A DNA stretch of 64,000 nucleotides, taken from the IMG/VR virus record IMGVR_UViG_3300033145_000733, positions 2,525 through 66,524 of that record; one strand, 5' to 3'. This stretch comes from a virus. Every line of letters begins with the position of its first letter. Position 1 is the stretch's first letter. A model generated the notes under the pieces. It was given only the letters and a program-made list of their open reading frames with translations. It was not told where the DNA came from and did no database searches. Positions 18,580 through 28,750 of this stretch are shown here, piece after piece. A program made the translations under genes and the position numbers.

Positions 18580-19743
18580 TTATCCACCCGCCTTAAAGTT
18601 ATACACTGGCTTCATAAAGAACTCAATGTCCACCGTCTCCCCGATAGCCCCAATAATTTCATCTTTATCTTTGTATGCCATCGGTGCTTCATCTATAGTA
18701 TTTTGTGTTGCGGTGGTAGTATAAACACCTTCCATTTCCTTTATAAACTCGTCAAGGTCTAATCTCTTTTTAGCTTGGCTTCTGGACATTACCCTTCCTG
18801 CTCCGTGTGGTGCTGATAAGTTCCATTTATTGCTACCTTTGCCAACACCTATCATTACACCATCACGCATATTGAAAGGAATAACTAAACGTTCTCCTAG
18901 ATGTGCCGACACTGCTCCCTTACGGATAATCTTGTCATCAAAGTTGATATAGTTATGGACTGTTTCAATGCCTCTCATATCAAAATCAGTTTTCGCTTCG
19001 AAGAAATTGAAAATTAACAGTCCCGCCATCACTTGTCTGTTCAAACTAGCATATTCTTGGGCTATTTTCATATCATCAAGATACTCTTTGCCACCCATGT
19101 CCATAGGTAGATACTCCAAATCCTTGTAAGCATCTGCCCCCAAAAACATTCTCTTGAGCAGTTCTTTAGCTTTGTTTTGGTGATATGTTGCAACTCGTAA
19201 CCCGAAATTCCTGCTACCAGAATGTATTAAGAGCCAATATTGTCCATTATCATCTTGGTCAATCTCAATGAAATGATTACCACCACCAAGTGTGCCAATA
19301 GAACCTATTACCTTGCTTTCATCTTGTTTCAGGTCATTAGCAAGTGCCAATACTTTTTTACGAAAGTTATCATCAAACATATCTTGGGGTTTTGCTTGGT
19401 TTGCCATCCGCCCACTGGTGCTTCTAATGTTAAAGCCACTTGGAATGTGTGTTCTTATAAAATGGTCTAGGTGTTCAAAATTAACGGTTGTTACATCAAG
19501 TGGGTAAGCATTTACGCCACAACCAATGTCCACACCTACCACATTCGGTATAACATAATCATTCATCTTCATAGTAAAACCAATGCAACTACCAGCACCA
19601 GCATGAGCATCTGCCATAATTGCTATATGTGTCTTAGCAAACGCAGGATGATTGAGAAACGAGTAAATTTGGCTAACAGTTGTCTCGTCAAGGTTATCAA
19701 TCATTATTATTGCCGTATTGTATTTACCTTTAATTGTATACAT
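18580..19743 (-). CDS. rtcB: RtcB RNA ligase
   Basis: MADAHAG, GVDIGCG, GTLGGGNHFIE, IHSGSR, HNY, HGAGR, DEAPMAYK motifs. Confidence 0.93.
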   Translation of the reverse strand: MYTIKGKYNTAIIMIDNLDETTVSQIYSFLNHPAFAKTHIAIMADAHAGAGSCIGFTMKMNDYVIPNVVGVDIGCGVNAYPLDVTTVNFEHLDHFIRTHIPSGFNIRSTSGRMANQAKPQDMFDDNFRKKVLALANDLKQDESKVIGSIGTLGGGNHFIEIDQDDNGQYWLLIHSGSRNFGLRVATYHQNKAKELLKRMFLGADAYKDLEYLPMDMGGKEYLDDMKIAQEYASLNRQVMAGLLIFNFFEAKTDFDMRGIETVHNYINFDDKIIRKGAVSAHLGERLVIPFNMRDGVMIGVGKGSNKWNLSAPHGAGRVMSRSQAKKRLDLDEFIKEMEGVYTTTATQNTIDEAPMAYKDKDEIIGAIGETVDIEFFMKPVYNFKAGG

Positions 19744-19901
19744 TATCTCTCACTCTCTATCAATATTTTGATAGGCGGTGCCCACAATTGTTGCCATTCA
19801 CCATCTTCAAGTAGCAGTGCCTCACCTTGCAACAAAGTATAACACTTAAAACGAACTATACACTTATTACACATGGTATCACAGCTTGCCTGCCGTAACA
19901 C
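19743..19901 (-). CDS. 52-aa ORF missed by the track, with Cys module
   Basis: GTG start; VLRQASCDTMCNKCIVRFKCYT...ESER; TAA overlaps the rtcB ATG. Confidence 0.6.
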   Translation of the reverse strand: MLRQASCDTMCNKCIVRFKCYTLLQGEALLLEDGEWQQLWAPPIKILIESER

Positions 19902-19947
19902 CTTCTCCCTTTACCTTTGCCGTACCACTTTAATGTTCTTTGCATTT

Positions 19948-20328
19948 TTAATCATCCCACCCTAATTCTGCGTGCCTCTTACCATGATGTTTGTCACAAA
20001 GCCATTTAATATCAAGAGGTTTAGTATAATCATCGTGATGCCTCATACCCATCTCTGTGCAATTAGGTATTTCACATTCTTGAGCAATGGGATATACTCT
20101 GCGTGCCTGTAATTGAGCATCAGCTTTCATTTTTTCTATGTAATCTATCTCTGCTGGAGCTTTACCACGAGCCACAATGTCCTGCAATTTATTATAAGCC
20201 ACTAGCAAATCAATTATTATTTTTGGTTCTTTCTCCGCCACAAGAGCATCCAATAGGTTATTGTTTACGGTCTCTAATCTTTTATCCTTTGGTTTTCTGC
20301 CCAAATTAACCTCTACAAACGTTGCCAA
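19948..20328 (-). CDS. HNH-like protein
   Basis: HHDDY.KPLD..WLC..HH...H C-terminal motif. Confidence 0.6.
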   Translation of the reverse strand: MATFVEVNLGRKPKDKRLETVNNNLLDALVAEKEPKIIIDLLVAYNKLQDIVARGKAPAEIDYIEKMKADAQLQARRVYPIAQECEIPNCTEMGMRHHDDYTKPLDIKWLCDKHHGKRHAELGWDD

Positions 20329-21102
20329 AAACTATCATTTTATTTTTATTTAGCTTCGGGAAAATTGCCAACTATGCGTTTTTATATCAGTTTTTTCTCG
20401 GTTTTTCTTGTCTGATTTACCAGTTTTAGCTTCAAGTTTATCGTATTTATGTGGCATTTCTCTTGGTTTTCCAAATCTTTTTTCGTTGCCACACAAAATA
20501 CACTTCAAATATGGTGAAGTATATGCCTTATCCTGTTCCCAAGTCATAGTCCCATTAAGGCATCTTGGACAAGCATACGCAACAAAACCTTTACATACGT
20601 GTCTTATTTCCACTCTTCTTCCTCAGCCTTTCTTTCTCTAATTGCTTGGCAGGTGGGGCAAACACTACCTAATATTTCTATATGAGACTCCGATTGAATG
20701 TCAGTAAATATTTCAACCAGACTGCCCTCAATTACACTCTCAAACTGTTTGCCGCAGTCTAAACACTTAAACACAAAATTTTTCCGCAACCCATACTCCT
20801 CTAATACAGCATTATGGATATTTTGTTTTATGTCACCTGGCAGGTCAACATAACTCATTTGATATTCTTGCTCTGCCACTTCATCTTCACGTTTTTCAAC
20901 CTGTTCTCTACTTGCTCGCATGGCTAATCCCCACAATCTCCAAACGCATTAACTTTAGTTGAGCATACCGTGTTGCCCAATCATAGAGTATATCATCTTC
21001 ATAGACAAGTTCTTCATCTACTCCGATTTCATTGGCAAACTCGGTAATTTTTTCCTCTAGGAAACGTTTCATCAATCCCATATCACATACCTCACTATCT
21101 AT

Positions 21103-21131
21103 ATTATACCATGAGCCGTTGTAAATGTCAA
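21103..21131 (-). promoter_or_regulatory. sigma70-type promoter with GGCTCATGG spacer
   Basis: TTGACA-17-TATAAT; includes the upstream stop codon. Confidence 0.8.
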
Positions 21132-21484
21132 CTTTCTATGATATTACCTCTTGAGAATAATTTCGTCAGGGCTTCCCCACGTTTTATTTCATTCCGTACA
21201 TCTGCCGCTGTTAGTCTATTAACGTATTGGAACTGGTAGCCATCATTTATGTCAAGATGAACAAGTTCCACTGGTTTTAATGACAGCACTATATAACATG
21301 CTCTGCCATCAGCTACACTAAAGTATAGTTCCTTTCCAGCTTCGGGACACTTGCTATTCTGTTTGGCATAGTCCTTAATTTTCTGGACATATGCCTCAGC
21401 ACGTTTTTCATACCCTTGCCAGTCCGATGTAATAGCAGGTTTATTGATGCCTTGAATACCACCATATATTTTAGCCACAACCAT
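21128..21484 (-). CDS. conserved hypothetical phage protein
   Basis: FSVADG.A.Y...LVHL..DGY pattern. Confidence 0.6.
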   Translation of the reverse strand: MVVAKIYGGIQGINKPAITSDWQGYEKRAEAYVQKIKDYAKQNSKCPEAGKELYFSVADGRACYIVLSLKPVELVHLDINDGYQFQYVNRLTAADVRNEIKRGEALTKLFSRGNIIES

Positions 21485-22657
21485 TTATCCTCATTGGAGG
21501 TTCACCTGCCAAATTTATCATTGTGTCAACGCCAGGTATTTCAGTCATTTTTATCCACCTTCTTCCCTAGTTTCTCCAATGCCGGTAGTAATATCTCTAT
21601 TCCCTCTATAAATCTGGGTGTGTTTGACTCAAGGAAGCCCCACAAGCGGAACAGCAGGTCTACCTTTCTATCATCACTGAGGTTTGACACTCTGTAAAAT
21701 AGTTTTTCATTATCGGTCATTATGTCCTCCCTATACTCCTAAACAATTTACTTACTGTAGCCATGCCCAGCCTCTTCTCCTTCCCTTCCTCGTTTATCAT
21801 GCTACACCTCTCCTTCATCTTACCTCACAAGTCCAGGCATCATAGTAAATTGTGTTCTCTAGCATAGCCTGTCTTGCTTTCTCAATCGGAAGTCCGAGTT
21901 CAGCCAGTATCTTTGCTGTTCCGTTTGGTCCTTCGCCACCATACCCACAATTACACCCTGATAATATAATAGCACCGTTAGTGCCAAAAATCATACAGTT
22001 GTAGTCAACAAGGTAGGTAACGCCGTTCTCTGTTATGTGTTCAGAAAAAAGCTCTTTTTCAGACACTACCATGTGAGTTATTTTGCCGATGCTGTTCTTG
22101 TGTTCGTTCCAGAACTTTAGGCTATCACGTGTTACACCGTATCCACTATCTTTTAGATACACGATTTCCCCCAACTTCTTTCATCTTATCGCCACGTTCT
22201 TTAACGTAGCTTGCTGGAACTTCACCAGCACAATACCTATCAAAAGCTCTTAGGTATGCCAATAAACGATGCTCTTTGATAATAGCTTTTCGCCCACAGC
22301 CTCTAGCTCCTTTTGCCAATGACATTATTTACTCCTTAGTTTTTGTGCCTCTGCTAATGAAGCTTGAACATTAACTCTTTTTACCAGTTCAGATACTACC
22401 TCTCTTGGCACTTTACCCTGCTCGGTTAGTTTAATTAAGTCAATCAGAACATAAGCTGTCCTAGTTATAGTGCCTCTTACACCACCGATACCGAGTTTGC
22501 CTGCTTCTCTTACCTTAGCAACCCACTCGTTTACTTGCTCATTATCAATAGCATTGAGTGCCCGATTTTCAGTCGGTTTTGACCTGCCGAGTTCATATTT
22601 ATGTTCTTTAGATTTGCTCAATGGCATATCCTTTCAGGTCTAACCTTTACTATCTAT

Positions 22658-22686
22658 ATTCTACCACAAGCCACGATTTATGTCAA
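22658..22686 (-). promoter_or_regulatory. sigma70-type promoter with GGCTTGTGG spacer
   Basis: TTGACA-17-TAGAAT. Confidence 0.75.
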
Positions 22687-24096
22687 GCTATACTGTCCCG
22701 CCAAAGATTACACTTCCACCCATGCTGTCTCCCTTATGAACACAGGCTTCCTTGCATTGCTCAACGAACTCGGCAGGGAACTCATAATCAACTGCACCCA
22801 TAAATTTATTCAAGTGCATGAAATAGCACCCTTTCGTGTTCAGTATGCCCTTGTTGCTATCCTTGCGGATAATGCCGATACTCTTGTCCGACTGGATATT
22901 AAGGTCGCCATTCTCATCTGCAAAGACGACAAAATCTTGAGCCTTACGCATTTTACCAAGCTTACCCCATACTTGCTTCATTGCCGTTCTCCTTTATACT
23001 TTAGTCAGGAATGTCGGATGAACCTTCCATCGCATGCCACTATCAGCAAGGATACCGACAGTCTTTATATTTATTTTGGTTATTTTACCTTTGATAATGC
23101 CACGATACCCCGCATCAAACTGAACTTTGTTTCCTATCTTGAATGAAACAGTGAGCCTCTGTTCAATAATCTTGTTAAATTCGTGAAGTTCTGATGTGGT
23201 TGCCCCATTGATTGTGCGTAAGAAATCAGCTAAATTAGCCACTTTTCACTCTCCTTATTCGTTCCCTTTTATTTAATTTACGATGTATGTTCTTGGCTTC
23301 CTTCTGGATAGACTCAACTGTTCTACCCGAAGCTAGTGCCACTCTACCCACCACCGCACCTGTAACATCGCATATTATTTGCCTTGCTGTCTTTAGTTTC
23401 ATCTTTCCTCCTGTGGTGTTGCCAATGGTATAATCTCATTTAAACAATTAGGGCATAGTTCTAACCCCAAGAAAATTATTACCTCTCCGCATATAGGACA
23501 AACATAAACTTTCACTGCCATCTCACCATCCATCTCACCTCAACTCCTTTTGCCTTCATAACTTTGGTGTCTCAATTTCCGTATGTTTTTTGATTACTTT
23601 GCATATCTCGCCATATACGACAATAGCATCAGGGTATTTATCAACTATTGCCTCTGCCGCTAGTTTATTGTCACAGGCATCAAGAGCGAGGTATTCTCGC
23701 TTATCCTCATATGTGCCTTCGGACACAAGGTGAAACACTATGTACTTAGCCATCATCTTCCCCCATTGACTCAAGCGTTAGCCTGGCTATCCTCTTGAGG
23801 TCGTCAACGTCACACACATCAACCATTCCTACGTGGGTGGAACTTTGCCTCACAGAATGGTCTGCTATTCGCTTTAGAGATTTGATAGCTAGTTCAAGTT
23901 TAGCCGTTTTATTCATCTTCCTCACCCTCAAAGCAGTAAATTACTGCCAATGGACTCATGTGGTCATAGATTTTAATTTCGGTAATGGTAAACGTTGGAT
24001 GTTGGCTTTTCCAGTCAAGTATAGCTTGGAAAAGCGATGGTAAATTAACACTTTTAATTCGGGCTTCGTATATTATCATAGTTTATTTCTCCATTT

Positions 24097-25008
24097 TTAG
24101 TCCACATTACCTTGTGCCGACCACGACCCTAATGCTCTATTCTCAAATGCCTGAAATATGATGGGGTTATCACTGGTGGATAGTTTTAGCATAGGATGGT
24201 CGCCACGACCACCCCACTGAGTTTGATGCCGTACCTGTCCACTTACCCAAATGCTATCACCAATTTGCATTCCCCTTGTTGCTATATGAAGATTGCCACC
24301 AATGTTCTTATTTGGTAAGATAAACTTCTGCTCCATTGCCCGATACATGAATTTGTTTAGTCTATTTTCTGGAATAGGTTTGTCATCAACTAGCAAGAAT
24401 ATTGGCGGTTCACTTGCTTCAACAAAGAACCACTCGCCTTGCCGTTGATAGTTATCATCTTTTATTTCCTTCGGCTTCAGCATCTCAAATGCTTCCACAA
24501 TGGTAATGGCTGGTTCAGGAAGCTGACAGAGGAAGAAATTGTTGCCATCCATTGATGATAGGTAATATTTACCCCAATGCTCAATTATGGCTGCTTCGGG
24601 TCTACGTTCAGTTCTTTCGTAGAAGCCTTCCTGTTCCTGCTCAATCAAAGCATTATACTCAGCCACGCTGATACCATTCTTACCAGCAAAATCAGTGTAG
24701 CCTATAATGTCATATCTCTGTTTATCGTGTGCCACAAGGTTTATGGTTTTGTGTGCAACATTAGCAGAGATTAGTGCCGAGAATGGTATTTGGATAGTGG
24801 CGTGACGAAAACAAGCACCTTGATGCTGGCTGGTAGTGGGACTATACTTGTCAGCGTTCAGAAGAAAGCCCCAATCCATTCTTACCAGTAACGGAAAGTG
24901 TCTGCCGTAAGAGTAGAGAGTATCATCCTCTATTAACATATTACTTGCTTCCCCTCTGGTTGCCCCCTTTACAAACTTGTCAATTAGAGTACGTTGTGAC
25001 TGTCCCAT
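24097..25008 (-). CDS. conserved hypothetical phage protein
   Basis: LYSYG.HFPL, YS.TTS.HQ and RQGEWFF motifs; 303 aa. Confidence 0.7.
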   Translation of the reverse strand: MGQSQRTLIDKFVKGATRGEASNMLIEDDTLYSYGRHFPLLVRMDWGFLLNADKYSPTTSQHQGACFRHATIQIPFSALISANVAHKTINLVAHDKQRYDIIGYTDFAGKNGISVAEYNALIEQEQEGFYERTERRPEAAIIEHWGKYYLSSMDGNNFFLCQLPEPAITIVEAFEMLKPKEIKDDNYQRQGEWFFVEASEPPIFLLVDDKPIPENRLNKFMYRAMEQKFILPNKNIGGNLHIATRGMQIGDSIWVSGQVRHQTQWGGRGDHPMLKLSTSDNPIIFQAFENRALGSWSAQGNVD

Positions 25009-25052
25009 TTTATATTTGCCCTCCTGTTTAAATAATTCTTAACCACTATCTA

Positions 25053-25081
25053 ATTATATCATAAGCCACAAGATTTGTCAA
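25053..25081 (-). promoter_or_regulatory. sigma70-type promoter with GGCTTATGA spacer
   Basis: TTGACA-17-TATAAT; includes the upstream stop codon. Confidence 0.8.
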
Positions 25082-25289
25082 GTTTGTGCTTTCCTGTCAT
25101 ATTTTTTGGTGGCGTTCAAATCCTTCAACGTGTTACATATAATGCCTCGTTCACGTTTAAGCCTTGCTTGCTCTTCCGCTAACACCTTAAAGTTCCATTT
25201 ATTTCTAGCCACCTTTGATTGCACCGATGCCAGCTTATCTTCAAGAGTAGCTATCACGGCATCATAAGCCTTTTTCTTGATGTTCATTC

Positions 25290-26675
25290 CTAACTCCTTA
25301 ACCCATAATTTAGTCCCACATTTTTGGCTTTACTTCTCTCTATCATCAGTGATAAACCGAGAGAGGCTATTACATCTGTTAGGTCGTTCTCAAATTCTCT
25401 AGTATGGTCAGTATGCCCGCAACTACCATGAACATATTCATGTAGTAGTGTGCCTACAAACTTACCCATATCCAAATCTTTTATGGTTTGGTGACACACA
25501 CCAGCTACGCCATCAACAAAGAAACCTGTCTGGTCAAAGTTAAAAAGCCTAGTTTCGTTTTTCTTTTCCATGTCTACGAATATTTTAACAGGATATGTCT
25601 TGAGTCCTGCTTCGCCAGCAATTTCATCGGAAATCCTTTTGCCCCTGTTGAAAAATTCCTGTTGGCTGACTGTGAGTTTGTTAAATGGTATAATCCTCTT
25701 TTTATCCTTTATTACTTCGCTGGACAGTGGCATGATGCGCTGTAAAGAATACCACAAATTCCACGGCAATTCTAACACTGCCCAATTCTTTTCCATTGCC
25801 GTAAGGTTAATCTTTGGGTCGTGACAGGATAAGCATACCTTGTTGCCATATAGCTCTTTTATTACTTTAAGCCAGGTATTCTTACGTGGACTAAATGTTA
25901 CGTCAAATTCAGCAGGAGTGATTGCACCAGTTTCCTTATTTGCCATAACCAAGATATGATTGATAATGCTGATATTGGTGGTGCAAGATAAAGCCGTAGC
26001 AATACAATTCTTAATTTGATTGCTACCAATTGCCGCTCTGTCCCTGTTCACTAATTCTTTTTTATTAAAGTTATATCCGTACAAGGCATCAATCTCAGTT
26101 ACCGCCAAACCGTTCACATAGATGATGCCAGGCATATCTAATATCTCCGAACCAGCTATGTCTGAGCCAACAATCTTATCAATTACTTTCATAGGATTTA
26201 GTTTCAAGAACAGATTACGTGCCGAGTCTATTTCTTCTTCTGAACATTCAATACAAACAGAAGTCCCTAACGTTTTAGTTTGGCTATCTTCTATATCTAT
26301 GGTCAGCAAATTCTCCTGCCAAGTATCATCATACTGGATAGAAAAATTATATTGCTTGCCAAGAGAGACTATGCTCACTTGCCTATCCTCACGTGCTAGG
26401 ACAAGACAGCCAATTTTTACTCCCTCACCAAATTGCCCTATGGTATTAGAGTCATTGCGCTTAGAACTTTTGCCAATGATAAAGTCAGATAACTTGAGTC
26501 CACAGCCACCATCTGTCACTACCCATTTCTCTTTCACATCGGCATCCAGACAGGGATTTATGCTTAGTTCTTTGCCAGTGTCAAGTCCATTCTGGATTAT
26601 CTCCCGAATGGCATCCTTGACAGTCCAGTTAGCGCAATAATTACTTTCAATAGTTAGAGTTCTTCGTTCAGCCAT
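25290..26675 (-). CDS. GHKL (HATPase_c-like) ATPase with C-terminal HExxH motif
   Basis: REIIQNGLD, TDGGCG, GQFGEGVKIG; LLHEYVH near C-terminus. Confidence 0.8.
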   Translation of the reverse strand: MAERRTLTIESNYCANWTVKDAIREIIQNGLDTGKELSINPCLDADVKEKWVVTDGGCGLKLSDFIIGKSSKRNDSNTIGQFGEGVKIGCLVLAREDRQVSIVSLGKQYNFSIQYDDTWQENLLTIDIEDSQTKTLGTSVCIECSEEEIDSARNLFLKLNPMKVIDKIVGSDIAGSEILDMPGIIYVNGLAVTEIDALYGYNFNKKELVNRDRAAIGSNQIKNCIATALSCTTNISIINHILVMANKETGAITPAEFDVTFSPRKNTWLKVIKELYGNKVCLSCHDPKINLTAMEKNWAVLELPWNLWYSLQRIMPLSSEVIKDKKRIIPFNKLTVSQQEFFNRGKRISDEIAGEAGLKTYPVKIFVDMEKKNETRLFNFDQTGFFVDGVAGVCHQTIKDLDMGKFVGTLLHEYVHGSCGHTDHTREFENDLTDVIASLGLSLMIERSKAKNVGLNYGLRS

Positions 26676-26880
26676 TTTGTGACTCCTCTCTTTTTGCCTG
26701 TTCTTCGTATGTCATGCCCATTAAGTATCGTTCAATCATGTCTGCCGAGTGGTTGTAGCCGCTAGCCGTACCAATCCCTAATCCAGCCCCAAACTCAGAA
26801 TTAGCCCCATTACCCCAATCTTTTTCGCTCATTGCCATGTTACGTAATATTCTGACTAATTCAGCCGCATCAACCATCTC

Positions 26881-27426
26881 CTACTCCGTTCCTTCCCACT
26901 CCACGTGCCGTTCTATGTTCACAACACAAGGCGTTATATATTCACTTTTAGGTATTAACCAATATCGTTCCTTGCCGTCACTCTTTCTTCTGGCAAGAAC
27001 TCCAACCATTCCTGCTGGAACTTTCTCGTGCCAGTCTCCCCACGCAGTCGTGACAACAAAATTGTTCACGTTCAGCGCATCAAACAACTGTTGCCGTTTT
27101 ACTAGGGACTCCTCTGGTTTCAGTTCAACACCGAAATACTTCTCGTATCTATCTGGATGCCAGTTTCGCATACTCTCTAATGCTTGTTTATAACTATCTT
27201 TGAATAGCAAGGGGAAAGCAACTGCCACCAAACACCAGTCACAATCTTCTTCATACCAGCCTGACTCAATCCACAGTTCCTCTGGCATCATTTCCAGTAT
27301 TCTTTGTGTAACGTGTATGCCACCGTGACTTGGTGTTGAATATGATACAATGCCACACGCTATCTTCTCTGAACTATCTGCCTTTCCCCAAGGTGTCTGT
27401 GTTCCCATTATATTGCCCCTCCCCAT
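26881..27426 (-). CDS. conserved hypothetical protein (TPWG / STPSHGG / WYEEDCDW family)
   Basis: motifs in translation. Confidence 0.65.
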   Translation of the reverse strand: MGRGNIMGTQTPWGKADSSEKIACGIVSYSTPSHGGIHVTQRILEMMPEELWIESGWYEEDCDWCLVAVAFPLLFKDSYKQALESMRNWHPDRYEKYFGVELKPEESLVKRQQLFDALNVNNFVVTTAWGDWHEKVPAGMVGVLARRKSDGKERYWLIPKSEYITPCVVNIERHVEWEGTE

Positions 27427-27737
27427 TGTGCTAACCAGTCTTTCAGCACAGCCACATCTTTTACCATTGGCGTTCCGAAATACATATCCCTCTCAATGCC
27501 GAGTCCCATAATCTTTACACTCTGCATTTCAGCCAGAGAGAAGCTACCGAGTTCCTTTTCATGCCCATCAACCAATCCGAAGAATTCATCTTCGCCATCA
27601 TACTCAAAGGCATACCATGTCCAGCTTGAGCAGGGATGGAAAAACTTGGCTATTATTTTTCGCTCTCCCATTGGTTGCCCATCAGTGTCTCCTATCTTTG
27701 GGAATTGCCTGATTATTTCCTTAGTTAATAATTTCAT
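27408..27737 (-). CDS. DUF2958-like protein
   Basis: AKFF.P...WTWY..E...FFGLV.G.E.ELG.FSL.E...IERD.YF. Confidence 0.75.
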   Translation of the reverse strand: MKLLTKEIIRQFPKIGDTDGQPMGERKIIAKFFHPCSSWTWYAFEYDGEDEFFGLVDGHEKELGSFSLAEMQSVKIMGLGIERDMYFGTPMVKDVAVLKDWLAQWGGAI

Positions 27738-27936
27738 TTAGTTGCCTCCTTTGGTTCATATCCAAGTGCTCTAATTGCCGCACCAATGTGGTCAAGAGCA
27801 TCTGCCACCATACTACCATGTATGGTATCCGCCGTCTCGGCTTCTTCCATCAACAGTGTGTAGGCTTTTTGTAACGATGCTATTATCTCTTTATTCATGC
27901 CGTTCTCCTTTCAGAAACATAATCTCTCCCATTCTT

Positions 27937-27965
27937 ATTATACCATAAGCCGTGTTCAGTGTCAA
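27937..27965 (-). promoter_or_regulatory. sigma70-type promoter with GGCTTATGG spacer
   Basis: TTGACA-17-TATAAT; includes the stop of ORF 27962-28111. Confidence 0.8.
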
Positions 27966-28111
27966 CTGTTCTGTTTTAGCCTAAAGAACGCAGTAAAGCA
28001 TCTTGGCACTGAGGTCTTAAAAGCCTTACGATATGCTACTTTATTAGATTTAATGCCCGCATCCTTTCGTGAACAGTAGCTTCTCTCTGGGCACACGGTA
28101 CATTTATCCAT
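27962..28111 (-). CDS. 49-aa ORF missed by the track, with degenerate Cys module (CTVCPERSYC)
   Basis: MDKCTVCPERSYCSRK...KQNS; start overlaps the upstream stop. Confidence 0.5.
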   Translation of the reverse strand: MDKCTVCPERSYCSRKDAGIKSNKVAYRKAFKTSVPRCFTAFFRLKQNS

Positions 28112-28279
28112 TATACCGCCTCTCGTTCTGCTATATTAGCAGCCTTATTCAGAACCTCCGCTATTTTTCGGGCTTCGGTTGGTTCTATGTTACCATTCCA
28201 CACACTTAGCCGTACCAAATTATCATTGGTTATAGCTATATAGCCCCAAGAACCATTGTTGTATAACAGCCTCTTAAAA

Positions 28280-28750
28280 TCACCCATATACCACCTCACC
28301 AAATAAGCAACACTGGAGAAATACATCGCCAGTAGTTGCATCATCGTTCTCGGCTATCCAGTCACCGAAATGTCTTGGATACTTCTCCGCCATTATTTTC
28401 ACTCCACGCTGGATTGCCTCTATGGTAAGGTTTTTGTGCTCGGCTTCCTCATCCTCAAGGTCACTGAACTCTATGTAGCCACCTTTGAATGGTAGTTCAA
28501 GGTGAGCAAACTCAATGCCCAAATCTTCTTTTGTTTGTGGTATTGCCTTTACCCCATCATGACTTGGGTTATCGGCACCAATGTTATCCCTTCCGTAACA
28601 AATAGGGCTAATCAAGATTCTACCACACTTCGGGCATTTGTTTGGATAGTGTAACTTCTCAATCCAATACCAGTAATTGCTACCACCCTCAAGGGCATTA
28701 CACAGCAGGTCTTGTATTCTTTCGTCTGGCATTTCCATTTCTACCTTCAT
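28280..28750 (-). CDS. conserved hypothetical phage protein with CPKC insertion
   Basis: ALEGGSNYW...DATTGDVFLQCCLFGEVVYG. Confidence 0.7.
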   Translation of the reverse strand: MKVEMEMPDERIQDLLCNALEGGSNYWYWIEKLHYPNKCPKCGRILISPICYGRDNIGADNPSHDGVKAIPQTKEDLGIEFAHLELPFKGGYIEFSDLEDEEAEHKNLTIEAIQRGVKIMAEKYPRHFGDWIAENDDATTGDVFLQCCLFGEVVYG

